DNA from: Enterococcus phage vB_EfaH_EF1TV
DNA length: 24,000 bases
Strand: one strand, 5' to 3'
Sequence record: MK268686.1
How positions within the stretch are numbered: position 1 is the stretch's first letter; the number at the start of each line of letters is the position of its first letter. Positions 1 through 8,274 of this stretch are shown here, in pieces. Under the pieces are notes generated by a model. It did no database searches. It saw nothing but the letters and a program-made list of their open reading frames with translations, and had not been told where the DNA came from. The position numbers were made by a program, and so were the translations under genes.

Positions 1-1740
1 AGCAATACTACCATTTGGAGCCACGGCTAAGCGGTTTTGATGGTATAGACCACCTTCAATAATACTGTTTCTTAATGTTTCCCAATCTTTTACATTAGGT
101 AGCACCACTCCATCGAATACTTCCGCCACCTTACTAGAGATTTCCTGATTTAGTGTTGGTACATATTCATCAAAGTAAGAACCGTCTGCGTATTTAGAGT
201 TCTCAAAGTTATAGAATGTTGTGCCACGCTCTTTAGCAATCTTATTACTTGCCACCAAAGTAGCATAGTTAATTAATTCAAATAGGGCATCCGTCATTTC
301 AATAGATTCAGGTGAGCCGTATTCTACTTGGTTACTTGCGAACCACGCATGTAGTCCCATTGCCCCTAAACCAATTGTATGGGCTTTATCATTACCATTC
401 TTGATAGTAGGTACTGCTTTTATATTTGACACATCTGTAATATATGTTAGAGCTCTTACCATCGTCTCAATTGATGCCACTACATCATTAGATGTTTCTA
501 ACAAGTTAAGGATGTTAATTGAACCTAAATTACAGCTAATGTCTGTACCTAACTCTTCGTATACTTGTTCATCATTTAGCTTAGATGGTGTCTGCACTTG
601 AAGGATTTCTGAACATAGATTGCTCATAATGATTTTGCCATCAATAGGGTTGGCTTTATTTACAGTACTAACATTCATAATATATGGGTAACCTGACTCT
701 TGTTGTAAACGGCTAATTTCTTCTTCCAAATCTCGTGCATTCATTACCTTACTTCTGATATTTGGGTTCTGAATCATGTTATTGTATTCTGAATCAATGT
801 CTACAAATGAGAATGGTACACCGTATTCTTTAGCAACATCATATGGAGAAAATAAGTGAATTACATCCCCAGACTCAGCTAGCTCATAAAATTTATCGGG
901 AACAACTACTCCCAAAGAAAGTGTTTTGATTTGCTTTGCGGATTCTGCATTTTCTTTTCTAGTTGATAAAAAGTCCATAATATCCGCATGGAAAACATTT
1001 AGATAGACTGCGCCTGCACCTTGTCTTTGTCCTAACTGATTTGCGTACCGGAAACCATCTTCTAGCATTTTCATAACAGGGACAACCCCGCTACCTGCTC
1101 CCTCAATTCCCTTAATAGGGTCTCCAAGAGCTCTTAAATTACTTAGGTTAATACCAACTCCACCACCAAGTTTAGATAGTTGAAGTGCACTGTTCAACGT
1201 TCTACCAATTGAAGACATTGAATCTTCTACTTGAATTAGAAAACAGCTGACATACTCCCCTCTTCTAAGCCTACCTGCATTTAAAAAAGTAGGGGTTGCA
1301 GGTTGGTATCTACGGTTAATTAGCTCATCTGCAATCTTCATAGCAAGCTCTTCGTCACCATCACCCATTGTGAGTGCATTAAACGCTACTCTATCTTCAT
1401 AACGCTCTAGGTATCGTTCCCCATCATCTGTTTTCATTGCGTATTGTTTGTAGAAACGGTAAGCCCCCATAAATGTGTCGAATCTGAACTTTTTACTATA
1501 GATGAACTTAAATAATTTTTTTATAAATTCCATTGAGTACTTGTCAGTAATCACTGTTTTATCGATGTACCCTTCTCTAATAAGGTAACTAATTTTCTCC
1601 TCTAAAGAGTAGAAAAATACTGTGTTCTTGTTTACATGTTCTAAAAAGAATGCTCTAACAGCTTCTTTATCTTTGTCTAACTGAATCTTTCCGTTATTAG
1701 GGATATTCAATTGGTTATTAAGATCAATATATGTGTTCAT
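1..1740 (-). CDS. nrdE: Class Ib ribonucleoside-diphosphate reductase large subunit, 3'-truncated by the window edge
   Basis: Missed by the ORF track because it is open at the edge. The minus strand from ATG at 1740 translates without stops as MNTYIDLNNQLNIPNNGKIQLDKDKEAVRAFFLEHV...QPATPTFLNAGRLRRGEYVSCFLIQVEDSMSSIGRTLNSALQLSKLGGGVGINLSNLRALGDPIKG...GAVYLNVFHADIMDFLSTRKENA, characteristic NrdE sequence. Starts 3 nt from the end of nrdH. Confidence 0.96.
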   Translation of the reverse strand, partial: MNTYIDLNNQLNIPNNGKIQLDKDKEAVRAFFLEHVNKNTVFFYSLEEKISYLIREGYIDKTVITDKYSMEFIKKLFKFIYSKKFRFDTFMGAYRFYKQYAMKTDDGERYLERYEDRVAFNALTMGDGDEELAMKIADELINRRYQPATPTFLNAGRLRRGEYVSCFLIQVEDSMSSIGRTLNSALQLSKLGGGVGINLSNLRALGDPIKGIEGAGSGVVPVMKMLEDGFRYANQLGQRQGAGAVYLNVFHADIMDFLSTRKENAESAKQIKTLSLGVVVPDKFYELAESGDVIHLFSPYDVAKEYGVPFSFVDIDSEYNNMIQNPNIRSKVMNARDLEEEISRLQQESGYPYIMNVSTVNKANPIDGKIIMSNLCSEILQVQTPSKLNDEQVYEELGTDISCNLGSINILNLLETSNDVVASIETMVRALTYITDVSNIKAVPTIKNGNDKAHTIGLGAMGLHAWFASNQVEYGSPESIEMTDALFELINYATLVASNKIAKERGTTFYNFENSKYADGSYFDEYVPTLNQEISSKVAEVFDGVVLPNVKDWETLRNSIIEGGLYHQNRLAVAPNGSIA

Positions 1741-1742
1741 AT

Positions 1743-1985
1743 CTACACCCCAAGTTCTTTTTCTAGTTTTTTAACCAAATCAGGTCTAACACCATTAAAT
1801 GAGAAACCGTCATCAGCTTCTACATATGGTAATGAAGACACTCCTTTTTCTTTTAGATAAGCTAAAGCTTGCTCATCATGAGAGATATTTTTCTCATCAA
1901 ATGGGATATTCTTTCCATTTAACATATTTTTTAAAAATAAACATTGACCACACATATCTTTTGAATATACTGTTACTTTTGTCAT
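1743..1985 (-). CDS. nrdH: Glutaredoxin-like NrdH redoxin
   Basis: 80 aa, MTKVTVYSKDMCGQCLFLKNMLNGKNIPF; CGQC redox motif; adjacent to nrdE. Confidence 0.88.
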   Translation of the reverse strand: MTKVTVYSKDMCGQCLFLKNMLNGKNIPFDEKNISHDEQALAYLKEKGVSSLPYVEADDGFSFNGVRPDLVKKLEKELGV

Positions 1986-2112
1986 TTACTACATTCTCCT
2001 AACTTTTTTTATCGTATTTATTAATTATACACTATTTTGCATTAATTGTCAAAAATAAAGAACCAAAAAAACTAGAGACTACAAAAATTAATTGTAGCCC
2101 CTTTTTAATAAG

Positions 2113-2379
2113 TTACACCTTGTCACCTAAGAAATCTTCTGATTCCTGCGATTTATTCGTAACCTTATCAAGTAGTAAAACAGAATAGTTTTTACCAGTT
2201 TCAACCTGCAACCTATTAAACACTTTCTGATATTCTTCTGGTGTGTCTGTAACTTCTAATAAGTATTTTGCATTTAAAAATGATAGTAATTCAAGTAGTT
2301 CTGCCTTACTACCTGCCATTTGAACTACAACGTTACCTTCATCGTTCGTGTATGTTCCAATTTTATTTCTAGTAGCCAA
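2113..2379 (-). CDS. Hypothetical protein
   Basis: 88 aa ORF in an operon-like minus-strand layout. Confidence 0.7.
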   Translation of the reverse strand: MATRNKIGTYTNDEGNVVVQMAGSKAELLELLSFLNAKYLLEVTDTPEEYQKVFNRLQVETGKNYSVLLLDKVTNKSQESEDFLGDKV

Positions 2380-2384
2380 ACAAA

Positions 2385-2690
2385 TCAGTCCTTCGTAAAT
2401 TTAATGTATTTGTTAACTGTATACACATTTTTAACTTTTTCCCAAACGTTAGGGTATACGTTCATCAATAACTTAGTATCTGCGCTAGCACGTTTGTATT
2501 CTGGCATTAATTTAAATGTGCCCCCATCAATACTAATTTTAGATTCCCCTAACTCTTCCATATCAGAAATGATACTACTTTTTAGCTCATCAATCTCTTC
2601 TTTAATACTTTTTTGCAATTCATATAATTTCTTGTAAGAGCGTAAGTCCTTCTCTAGTAGCTCCTTTTTTTGTAAATCTGTTGTTTTCAT
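2385..2690 (-). CDS. Hypothetical protein with N-terminal coiled coil
   Basis: 101 aa ORF 5 nt from the next gene; charged helical N-terminus. Confidence 0.75.
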   Translation of the reverse strand: MKTTDLQKKELLEKDLRSYKKLYELQKSIKEEIDELKSSIISDMEELGESKISIDGGTFKLMPEYKRASADTKLLMNVYPNVWEKVKNVYTVNKYIKFTKD

Positions 2691-2780
2691 ACATATCTCT
2701 CCCTCTCTTATTTCTATAATAAGATTATAGCATGTCAGATATGTAAAGTCAACACTTTTTTATACAAAAAGAATTGCCCA

Positions 2781-3011
2781 TTATAAAGGCAATTCTTGTC
2801 CGTTGTCTTCTTCAAAAAGAATCTCTACAGGTATATTATATAATTTAGCAAGTTTTACTCTGTTTTTAACACGAGGTTCTTTTATACCGTTTTCCCAATA
2901 AGAGATTGATGACCAGTGAACTCCTATCATATTGGCTAACTCTCGTAGAGATTCACCCCTAGCCTCTCTCACTCTTTTAAGGACTTTAGGTTTTGGTTCC
3001 TTTTCTCCCAT
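2781..3011 (-). CDS. XRE/Cro-CI family helix-turn-helix regulator
   Basis: 76 aa; ARGESLRELANMIGVHWSSISYWENGIKEPRVKNRVKLAKLYNIPVEILF is a typical HTH_3 pattern. Confidence 0.85.
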   Translation of the reverse strand: MGEKEPKPKVLKRVREARGESLRELANMIGVHWSSISYWENGIKEPRVKNRVKLAKLYNIPVEILFEEDNGQELPL

Positions 3012-3074
3012 GACTGTCCCTCCTTATTCTTAAAAAATAAGAGCCTATCAGGTAGACAGGCTCAGCATCAGGAA

Positions 3075-3299
3075 CTATGCAAAAGCCCCGATATAAGTTA
3101 CTTTACCATTACATTTACGTGCAAAAGCTTCTAACTCTTTACGAGCACCTAAACGGTCAGGTTGCGAAGATTGAACAGTAATTTCTTTAGGTACCGTTAC
3201 TTCACGTGTACGAATTTCAGTTTTACCATTTTTTAATTTCTTCTCATACTCCTCTGTACGAGTTGTTGTCGTAGAAATGATTCCATAAAATTTTTTCAT
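3075..3299 (-). CDS. Hypothetical protein
   Basis: 74 aa ORF with Shine-Dalgarno-like sequence upstream. Confidence 0.65.
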   Translation of the reverse strand: MKKFYGIISTTTTRTEEYEKKLKNGKTEIRTREVTVPKEITVQSSQPDRLGARKELEAFARKCNGKVTYIGAFA

Positions 3300-3383
3300 A
3301 TTAATATCCCCTTACTGTTTTTTTTTAATAAATTATATGAAAAGCTAACCTATTGAGGAGCAACCCCTCAATAGAGGGGGCTC

Positions 3384-4475
3384 CTATACTAAGTTACCAT
3401 ATCCGTAGGTATTTGTTTGAGCTTGTTTAAACATGATACTCTTGATAGCTAAGTCGTTGTACTTTTCATCGTCTTCGTCATCAAGGTACACATCAACATT
3501 AACGTTCTTACCTAAAATATCGATTGTTTCATCTTTACCTACTTGTAAGTCTTTACTGTTAAATGATACATCAAAATAGATGTCATCTTCTTTTGTACGA
3601 CTACCGAATGATACTCTATCTTCAAATAAATTTAAACTTCGAGAGTTAATTACAACAGGTTGTAGTCCACCTTCAAATTGAATAGTAACTGTATAATACT
3701 GATTTTCAATATTAAGGATGTTCAAATCAGCAATAGCTTCACCAAATGAGATACCAAAGCTTAATTCCAACGCAATTGCTCGTAAGCAATCATAGTTTAA
3801 CTTAATTCTACGGCTAAACTTAACAACACTGTCAATCTCCCCATAATAAGCTTTGTCTAACTTATCTTGCAAGTAAGTACGAATTTCGTCTGCATCAGGA
3901 TAGTCGAAACGTAAATGGTAATGGAAACGTCCCGGACGATTAAGCATAAAGTCGTTTACACGATTTAAGTTATTAACAGTAAGTGCATAAATACGCTTGC
4001 GTTGTGATAACCCATCGAATAAGCTCAATAGTTTTTCTTGTGATTCACGACCGTCACGGTCATTGAATACTTTTTCAAATTCATCGAACAAGATAAGAGA
4101 CTCTTGGTCAATACTGTCAATAAATTCTGCAATACCCGGATAAGCTTCTGTAATTAAGATAACAGGCATACCCTCTTCAATAGCTCGTTGAGATAAGATT
4201 TGAGTAAACAGTGATTTACCAATCCCTTTATCCCCACTTAAAATAACCCCTAAACTACGATTGATTGTTTTAAATGTGTGTAGTACTTTCTCAATTTTAA
4301 CTAAACGGTCACCATAAACTTTAGATTCTTTCAATTTAAAATCGTCTGTAACCGCCAATGAGAACCCAGACATTGGGTTGAATCTAACTTTATAAGTTTG
4401 CGCAGGCAACTTATCATAAGTTTTCAGGTCGTTTGCATAAATCTCATAATTACTACCATAATTGATTACTTTCAT
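3384..4475 (-). CDS. AAA+ family ATPase
   Basis: 363 aa; Walker A GDKGIGKS, Walker B SLILFDEFE, downstream NDFMLNRPGRFHYHLRFDYP resembling the AAA+ arginine-finger region. Confidence 0.9.
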   Translation of the reverse strand: MKVINYGSNYEIYANDLKTYDKLPAQTYKVRFNPMSGFSLAVTDDFKLKESKVYGDRLVKIEKVLHTFKTINRSLGVILSGDKGIGKSLFTQILSQRAIEEGMPVILITEAYPGIAEFIDSIDQESLILFDEFEKVFNDRDGRESQEKLLSLFDGLSQRKRIYALTVNNLNRVNDFMLNRPGRFHYHLRFDYPDADEIRTYLQDKLDKAYYGEIDSVVKFSRRIKLNYDCLRAIALELSFGISFGEAIADLNILNIENQYYTVTIQFEGGLQPVVINSRSLNLFEDRVSFGSRTKEDDIYFDVSFNSKDLQVGKDETIDILGKNVNVDVYLDDEDDEKYNDLAIKSIMFKQAQTNTYGYGNLV

Positions 4476-4511
4476 ATATTCTCTCCTTAATACTTTTTAA
4501 TAAATTATAAA

Positions 4512-4593
4512 TGGAGAGTGATGGAGTCGCACCACCCGAGCCTAAGCAACAGATTTACAGTCTGCTCCGCTACTACTTACGGAATAACTCTCC
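4512..4593 (-). tRNA. tRNA-Tyr(GTA)
   Basis: Acceptor GGAGAGT/ACTCTCC; anticodon arm GCAGA-CTGTAAA-TCTGT; variable arm around GCTTAGGC; T arm GGTGG-TGCGACT-CCATC (T-loop starts TGC, not TTC). Confidence 0.8.
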
Positions 4594-4845
4594 TTGAATA
4601 ACCAACCAGATAGGCACCTGACACACGGACAGCACCTGTGTCTCTCTGTTACTGGCTGATTAATTGTGTATTTCGCACCACCTAATATAGTTATCAAGGT
4701 AGGACTTGACTATACTAGATTTAGCTAGGTTCTAGCTATAATTTCCTATGATAGCTCCTACTACTAATCATATTTATATACAGTTAGACTACACATAACT
4801 AAACCGATTACCTTGGTTCGCATGTTAAGAGGCGCAGGCAACCAA

Positions 4846-4919
4846 TGGACATTGCAGGTCTCGAACCTGCGACCGTTCGGTTATGAGCCGAATGCTCTGA
4901 CCAACTGAGCTAAACGTCC
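4846..4919 (-). tRNA. tRNA-Met(CAT)
   Basis: GGACGTTTAGCTCAGTTGGTCAGAGCATTCGGCTCATAACCGAACGGTCGCAGGTTCGAGACCTGCAATGTCCA, full cloverleaf. Confidence 0.93.
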
Positions 4920-4977
4920 GTAGGGTAGTAGCAACAATTACAAATGCTACTCTCCTGATGATTATAAACTTATCAAA

Positions 4978-5051
4978 TCGGAAAGACAGGACTTGAACCT
5001 GCGACATCAGACTCCCAAAGCCTGCACTCTACCAAGCTGAGCTACTTTCCG
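4978..5051 (-). tRNA. tRNA-Pro(TGG)
   Basis: Acceptor CGGAAAG/CTTTCCG; anticodon arm CAGGC-TTTGGGA-GTCTG; T arm GCAGG-TTCAAGT-CCTGT. Confidence 0.9.
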
Positions 5052-5193
5052 GGTTACCTGTTTAATTTGGTCTTTTAAACTACTACACACAGGTAAAGAT
5101 AAACCCTCTGCCAAGGGGAGACTATCATCGAACCGTATGTAAGTTACGATGGGTAGTAGCCATATTATATTAGGTTATTAGGAAGTTTACCTA

Positions 5194-5278
5194 TGCAGAA
5201 GGCGGGAGTCGAACCCACACGTCCATTACAGACCGATGTTTCTAAGACACCGTTGTCTACCAGTTCCATCACTTCTGC
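5194..5278 (-). tRNA. tRNA-Leu(TAG)
   Basis: Acceptor GCAGAAG/CTTCTGC; anticodon arm GGTGT-CTTAGAA-ACATC; long variable arm; T loop TTCGACT. Confidence 0.88.
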
Positions 5279-5432
5279 GGTTGTACTACCAAGGTTACCT
5301 CTAAAAGGCTAAACTCGTGTCTGGTAGGGAGCCATACCTTACATGGATTGCAAGGAACCTAACCTCAGTAGCACCTTTTACTATTAAGGGTTTCTGATTT
5401 AACGTTTTCCCTAGACCGTACCTTAACAGTAA

Positions 5433-5528
5433 TACTGGTGAGAGGATTTGAACCCCTCTTACCTACAAGCCTCCGACAAGCGCTATGGGAAACAAGCGGT
5501 GCATTAACCATAACTATGCTAACCAGTA
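5433..5528 (-). other. Aberrant type-II-like tRNA or tRNA pseudogene, no convincing anticodon arm
   Basis: Acceptor TACTGGT/ACCAGTA; TA at 8-9; D stem GCAT/ATGC; T arm with canonical TTCAAAT loop, but the ~45 nt middle does not give a normal 5 bp/7 nt anticodon arm. Confidence 0.5.
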
Positions 5529-6000
5529 CACTACTGTTTTACGCAGTCCTCATACTAATAATTCATGTGGACTCAACCCCATTCAGGGAAGTGTTAGTCT
5601 ATTTTTTGGTGAGAACTGGTTAACTCCATGTACGTCAAACATTCCCTAGACTACTCACTTACATTGTTATTTAATGTCACATGACTTATGACAGCCGTAC
5701 TCAAAAGTTTCAAGGACTTTTACCTCACTATCCACCGACAGTATGCTCGGCAACGTCTTTCTAATAATAAATTACCCATCACTGTTACAGTAACAGAACC
5801 ATTGAATTAACGAGCAATATCAGTATTACTAAAAGTAGTCTGTCTGTGTGGTACAAGCACTAGCAGTATTACAACCTATAGTATGTCTGTTTGTCAATCG
5901 TTAAATTCTTTTACAGGAGTACTTGTTAAACTTAGGGAGGTATAACAAGTATGTGCACATAACCCGAGTGCTACTCCCTAAAGTAGCCTATACGGGTTAA

Positions 6001-6074
6001 CGTAGATGGAGGGAATCGAACCCCCAACCGTCCGCTTAGAAGGCGGATGCTCTATCCGATTGAGCTACACCTAC
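6001..6074 (-). tRNA. tRNA-Arg(TCT)
   Basis: GTAGGTGTAGCTCAATCGGATAGAGCATCCGCCTTCTAAGCGGACGGTTGGGGGTTCGATTCCCTCCATCTACG, full cloverleaf. Confidence 0.93.
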
Positions 6075-6204
6075 AAATTATGGGGGTAATGAGCCCCCAT
6101 AATAACTCATAGTAGTTTCATCTATCGAGGATTAAAATGAATATCTAACTTGAATAAAGTATAACACTATTTACATAGCATGTCAACACTTTTATTAAAA
6201 TAAA

Positions 6205-6299
6205 TTTCTATACCTCACTAATGCCAATGACTATACGTAAGGAGAGAACGTTGATGGCACTGGCTACTTAGTTGGCGCTAAGTTAATGAGGTATAGAAA
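6205..6299. ncRNA. Candidate structured RNA, three-way junction closed by a 13-bp stem
   Basis: tttctatacctca (6205-6217) is the perfect reverse complement of tgaggtatagaaa (6287-6299); inner stems tgcca/tggca (6222-6226/6255-6259) and acttag/ctaagt (6266-6271/6278-6283). Strand undetermined; neighbours are minus strand. Confidence 0.5.
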
Positions 6300-6556
6300 G
6301 AGAACTACATTGACCGAATCTATCATACAGCCTTAGTAGTTGTTAACAATGTTTGGAACTTAGTAGCTTACTGCAATAAGCTACCCCGAAGCATCGGGGC
6401 GGGACTGTGGTAAGCCCAACCCTTGGGTATGCTCCATCCTGCCTCCGGAGAAGTCAGGCTCAATTCTCATTAGTTAAAGGTTTACTAGTTAACGGTTAGC
6501 TGATTAGTCATACTACGTAAACTACTAGTAAAATATAGTTTTCCAATTAAGGCTAA

Positions 6557-6628
6557 CAATCGGTAGAGGATTTGAACCCCTATTATTGGTTTTGGAGACC
6601 AACGTGTTACCAGTTACACTAACCGACT
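6557..6628 (-). tRNA. tRNA-Trp(CCA)
   Basis: Acceptor AGTCGGT/ACCGATT; D stem GTGT/ACAC; anticodon arm TTGGT-CTCCAAA-ACCAA; T arm AGGGG-TTCAAAT-CCTCT; G73. Confidence 0.9.
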
Positions 6629-6882
6629 ATGTAAAGAAGGAAAGCGAAGACCTTCTTTACAGTAATTAAAAAAACAAACAAAAAAATACAATCATGGAAT
6701 CAAGGTGGGATGTAAGGAGATGCCATGTGTCCACTTACAGTGGAATAGGTAACTACAGATTTGCACTGTTTTACATCTTGTTTAATGGTTACCTGTTAAT
6801 AGCTAACTTCCAGTGATAAGTCCTCTTATATGTTAGTTCATGTAGTATTTGTTTGACAATATGGTAGCTAGCTAAAATGACG

Positions 6883-6955
6883 ACAGTAACGGGACTCGAA
6901 CCCGTGTGTTCCACGCTGACAACGTGTTGGGACAACCTCTGCCCTATACTGCCAT
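6883..6955 (-). tRNA. tRNA-Asp(GTC)
   Basis: Acceptor GGCAGTA/TACTGTC, G73; anticodon arm ACACG-TTGTCAG-CGTGG with an outer A:G mismatch; T arm with canonical TTCGAGT loop. Confidence 0.75.
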
Positions 6956-7774
6956 TATTTATGCCGTAGTTTTTTTTAGAAAGGAAAGTTTTTTATAATA
7001 TACAACAACAGTTGAAGCGCTGATGTTACTACGGCATAAATATATTTTTTATGAGCTTTTAATAACTCAAAACTTAATATAATAGGGCTTTTACTCCTGC
7101 TTCATGCACACTCACTGCATTCGGTCACATACCCAGAGAGGCTGAACTATCGGGAGCTACCCAATAGCTTCTCTCTGCTTTTAATGTATGGTCTAGCACG
7201 GTGGCTAACAACGTTCACCTAAACATTCAGCATTAAATAGTATTGTTATAAGTTCTTCTTATATCATATATTTTGTAAGCTGACTTAGGCTACTTGTACC
7301 AAGGTCTCTTGTTAAACCCATATTTCTATGGTTCTCGTCAAAGGGAGTCTTTTGAGGTTTCTAAGGTCTGCCAAGTTTCTCACGCTTCCACCTAACTTAG
7401 ATTCTTTTCCACAGGAACGTCTATTATATCCCCCAAGAGTCTTGTACCTTACAATCCATGTACACTCCACATAACGCTTAACTGATACTAGCTTTTACTA
7501 GTAGTTACTCTTATGTCACCATAAGACATACCTGCTACCTAAAACACTATCGCACTCTAGGCTACATTCAGAATTACGCCACGTTATCCTAGCAAGCTGT
7601 TCAAACTTTCTGCACTAGGTTCTATTATATTAAGTTTTCAATTATCAAAAGCAGTTTTTCTTTACTATTTAATAATAGCACAACCTCTATTATTTTGTCA
7701 ACTACTTTTTTTAGAGAGGGTGCCCCTAATTTTATATAGGGGCAAGAGATATTAAACATAGCTGAGCTATGTAA

Positions 7775-7825
7775 AAGCTAATGTAGGAATTGAACCTACT
7801 TAATGTAAGCAACACCAGTTTAGCT
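7775..7825 (-). other. Truncated tRNA-like element, acceptor plus T arm
   Basis: AGCTAAA ... GTAGG-TTCAATT-CCTAC-ATTAGCT. The perfect canonical T arm abuts a 6-bp acceptor-like pairing, and only 19 nt lie between the 5' acceptor strand and the T arm. Confidence 0.4.
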
Positions 7826-7854
7826 TATAAGCATTGTTTGCAAAGTCCATGCTA

Positions 7855-7908
7855 TGCACTCAGTAGGAATCGAACCTATTGCCGAAGGTACCAAACTACC
7901 CTGAGTGC
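7855..7908 (-). other. Anticodon-arm-less tRNA-like element
   Basis: GCACTCA-GGGTAGTTTGGTACCTTCGGCA-ATAGG-TTCGATT-CCTAC-TGAGTGC-A. Perfect 7-bp acceptor, D-loop-like AGTTTGGTA closed by GGT/ACC, canonical T loop, no anticodon arm; 54 nt. Confidence 0.55.
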
Positions 7909-8091
7909 TCCTATAGATATATTATACCACATAACGAGATATTAATTTTTTTTGGTGATATAGTATATCTATATTTTTTAAAATTTTAGAAATACCTTTG
8001 ATACATTCCGGTTATCCAACGTATGAATATATAATATCATGTTATTCTGATTGTGTCAATAACTTTTTTACATTTTTTTTTATAATTGTGT

Positions 8092-8224
8092 AATGTCCTA
8101 TTTCTTTTTTTCTGATTCCTTATATTTATAATATATACTATATAGTACTATATATATATATATTAATTACTATTAGATATTATATATAGATAATAAGAAT
8201 CTAGGAAATTTAAAATAGGACATT
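8092..8224. repeat. AT-rich palindromic element, copy 1
   Basis: Bounded by aatgtcctattt ... aaaataggacatt. Confidence 0.75.
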
Positions 8225-8274
8225 CTAATGCTGACTCAGTTACAATAAACTTATGGTGGCTACCTTTTTACAAA

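Noticed and set aside
401-601. 66-aa plus-strand ORF
   Set aside because: Antisense to clearly coding nrdE.
2320-2637. 105-aa plus-strand ORF
   Set aside because: Antisense to two minus-strand genes with better RBS and operon context; composition is a mirror artefact.
4681-4745. Another truncated tRNA (62 nt) around tagctag-gtt-ctagcta
   Set aside because: The 7-bp hairpin (4722-4738) is real, but the T-arm pairing is only ~3 bp and the outer stem ~5 bp; too weak to call a tRNA-like element.
4825-5007. 60-aa minus-strand ORF
   Set aside because: Runs through tRNA-Met and into tRNA-Pro; not protein coding.
5438-5623. 61-aa plus-strand ORF
   Set aside because: Starts in the tRNA-like element and lacks convincing coding character or context.
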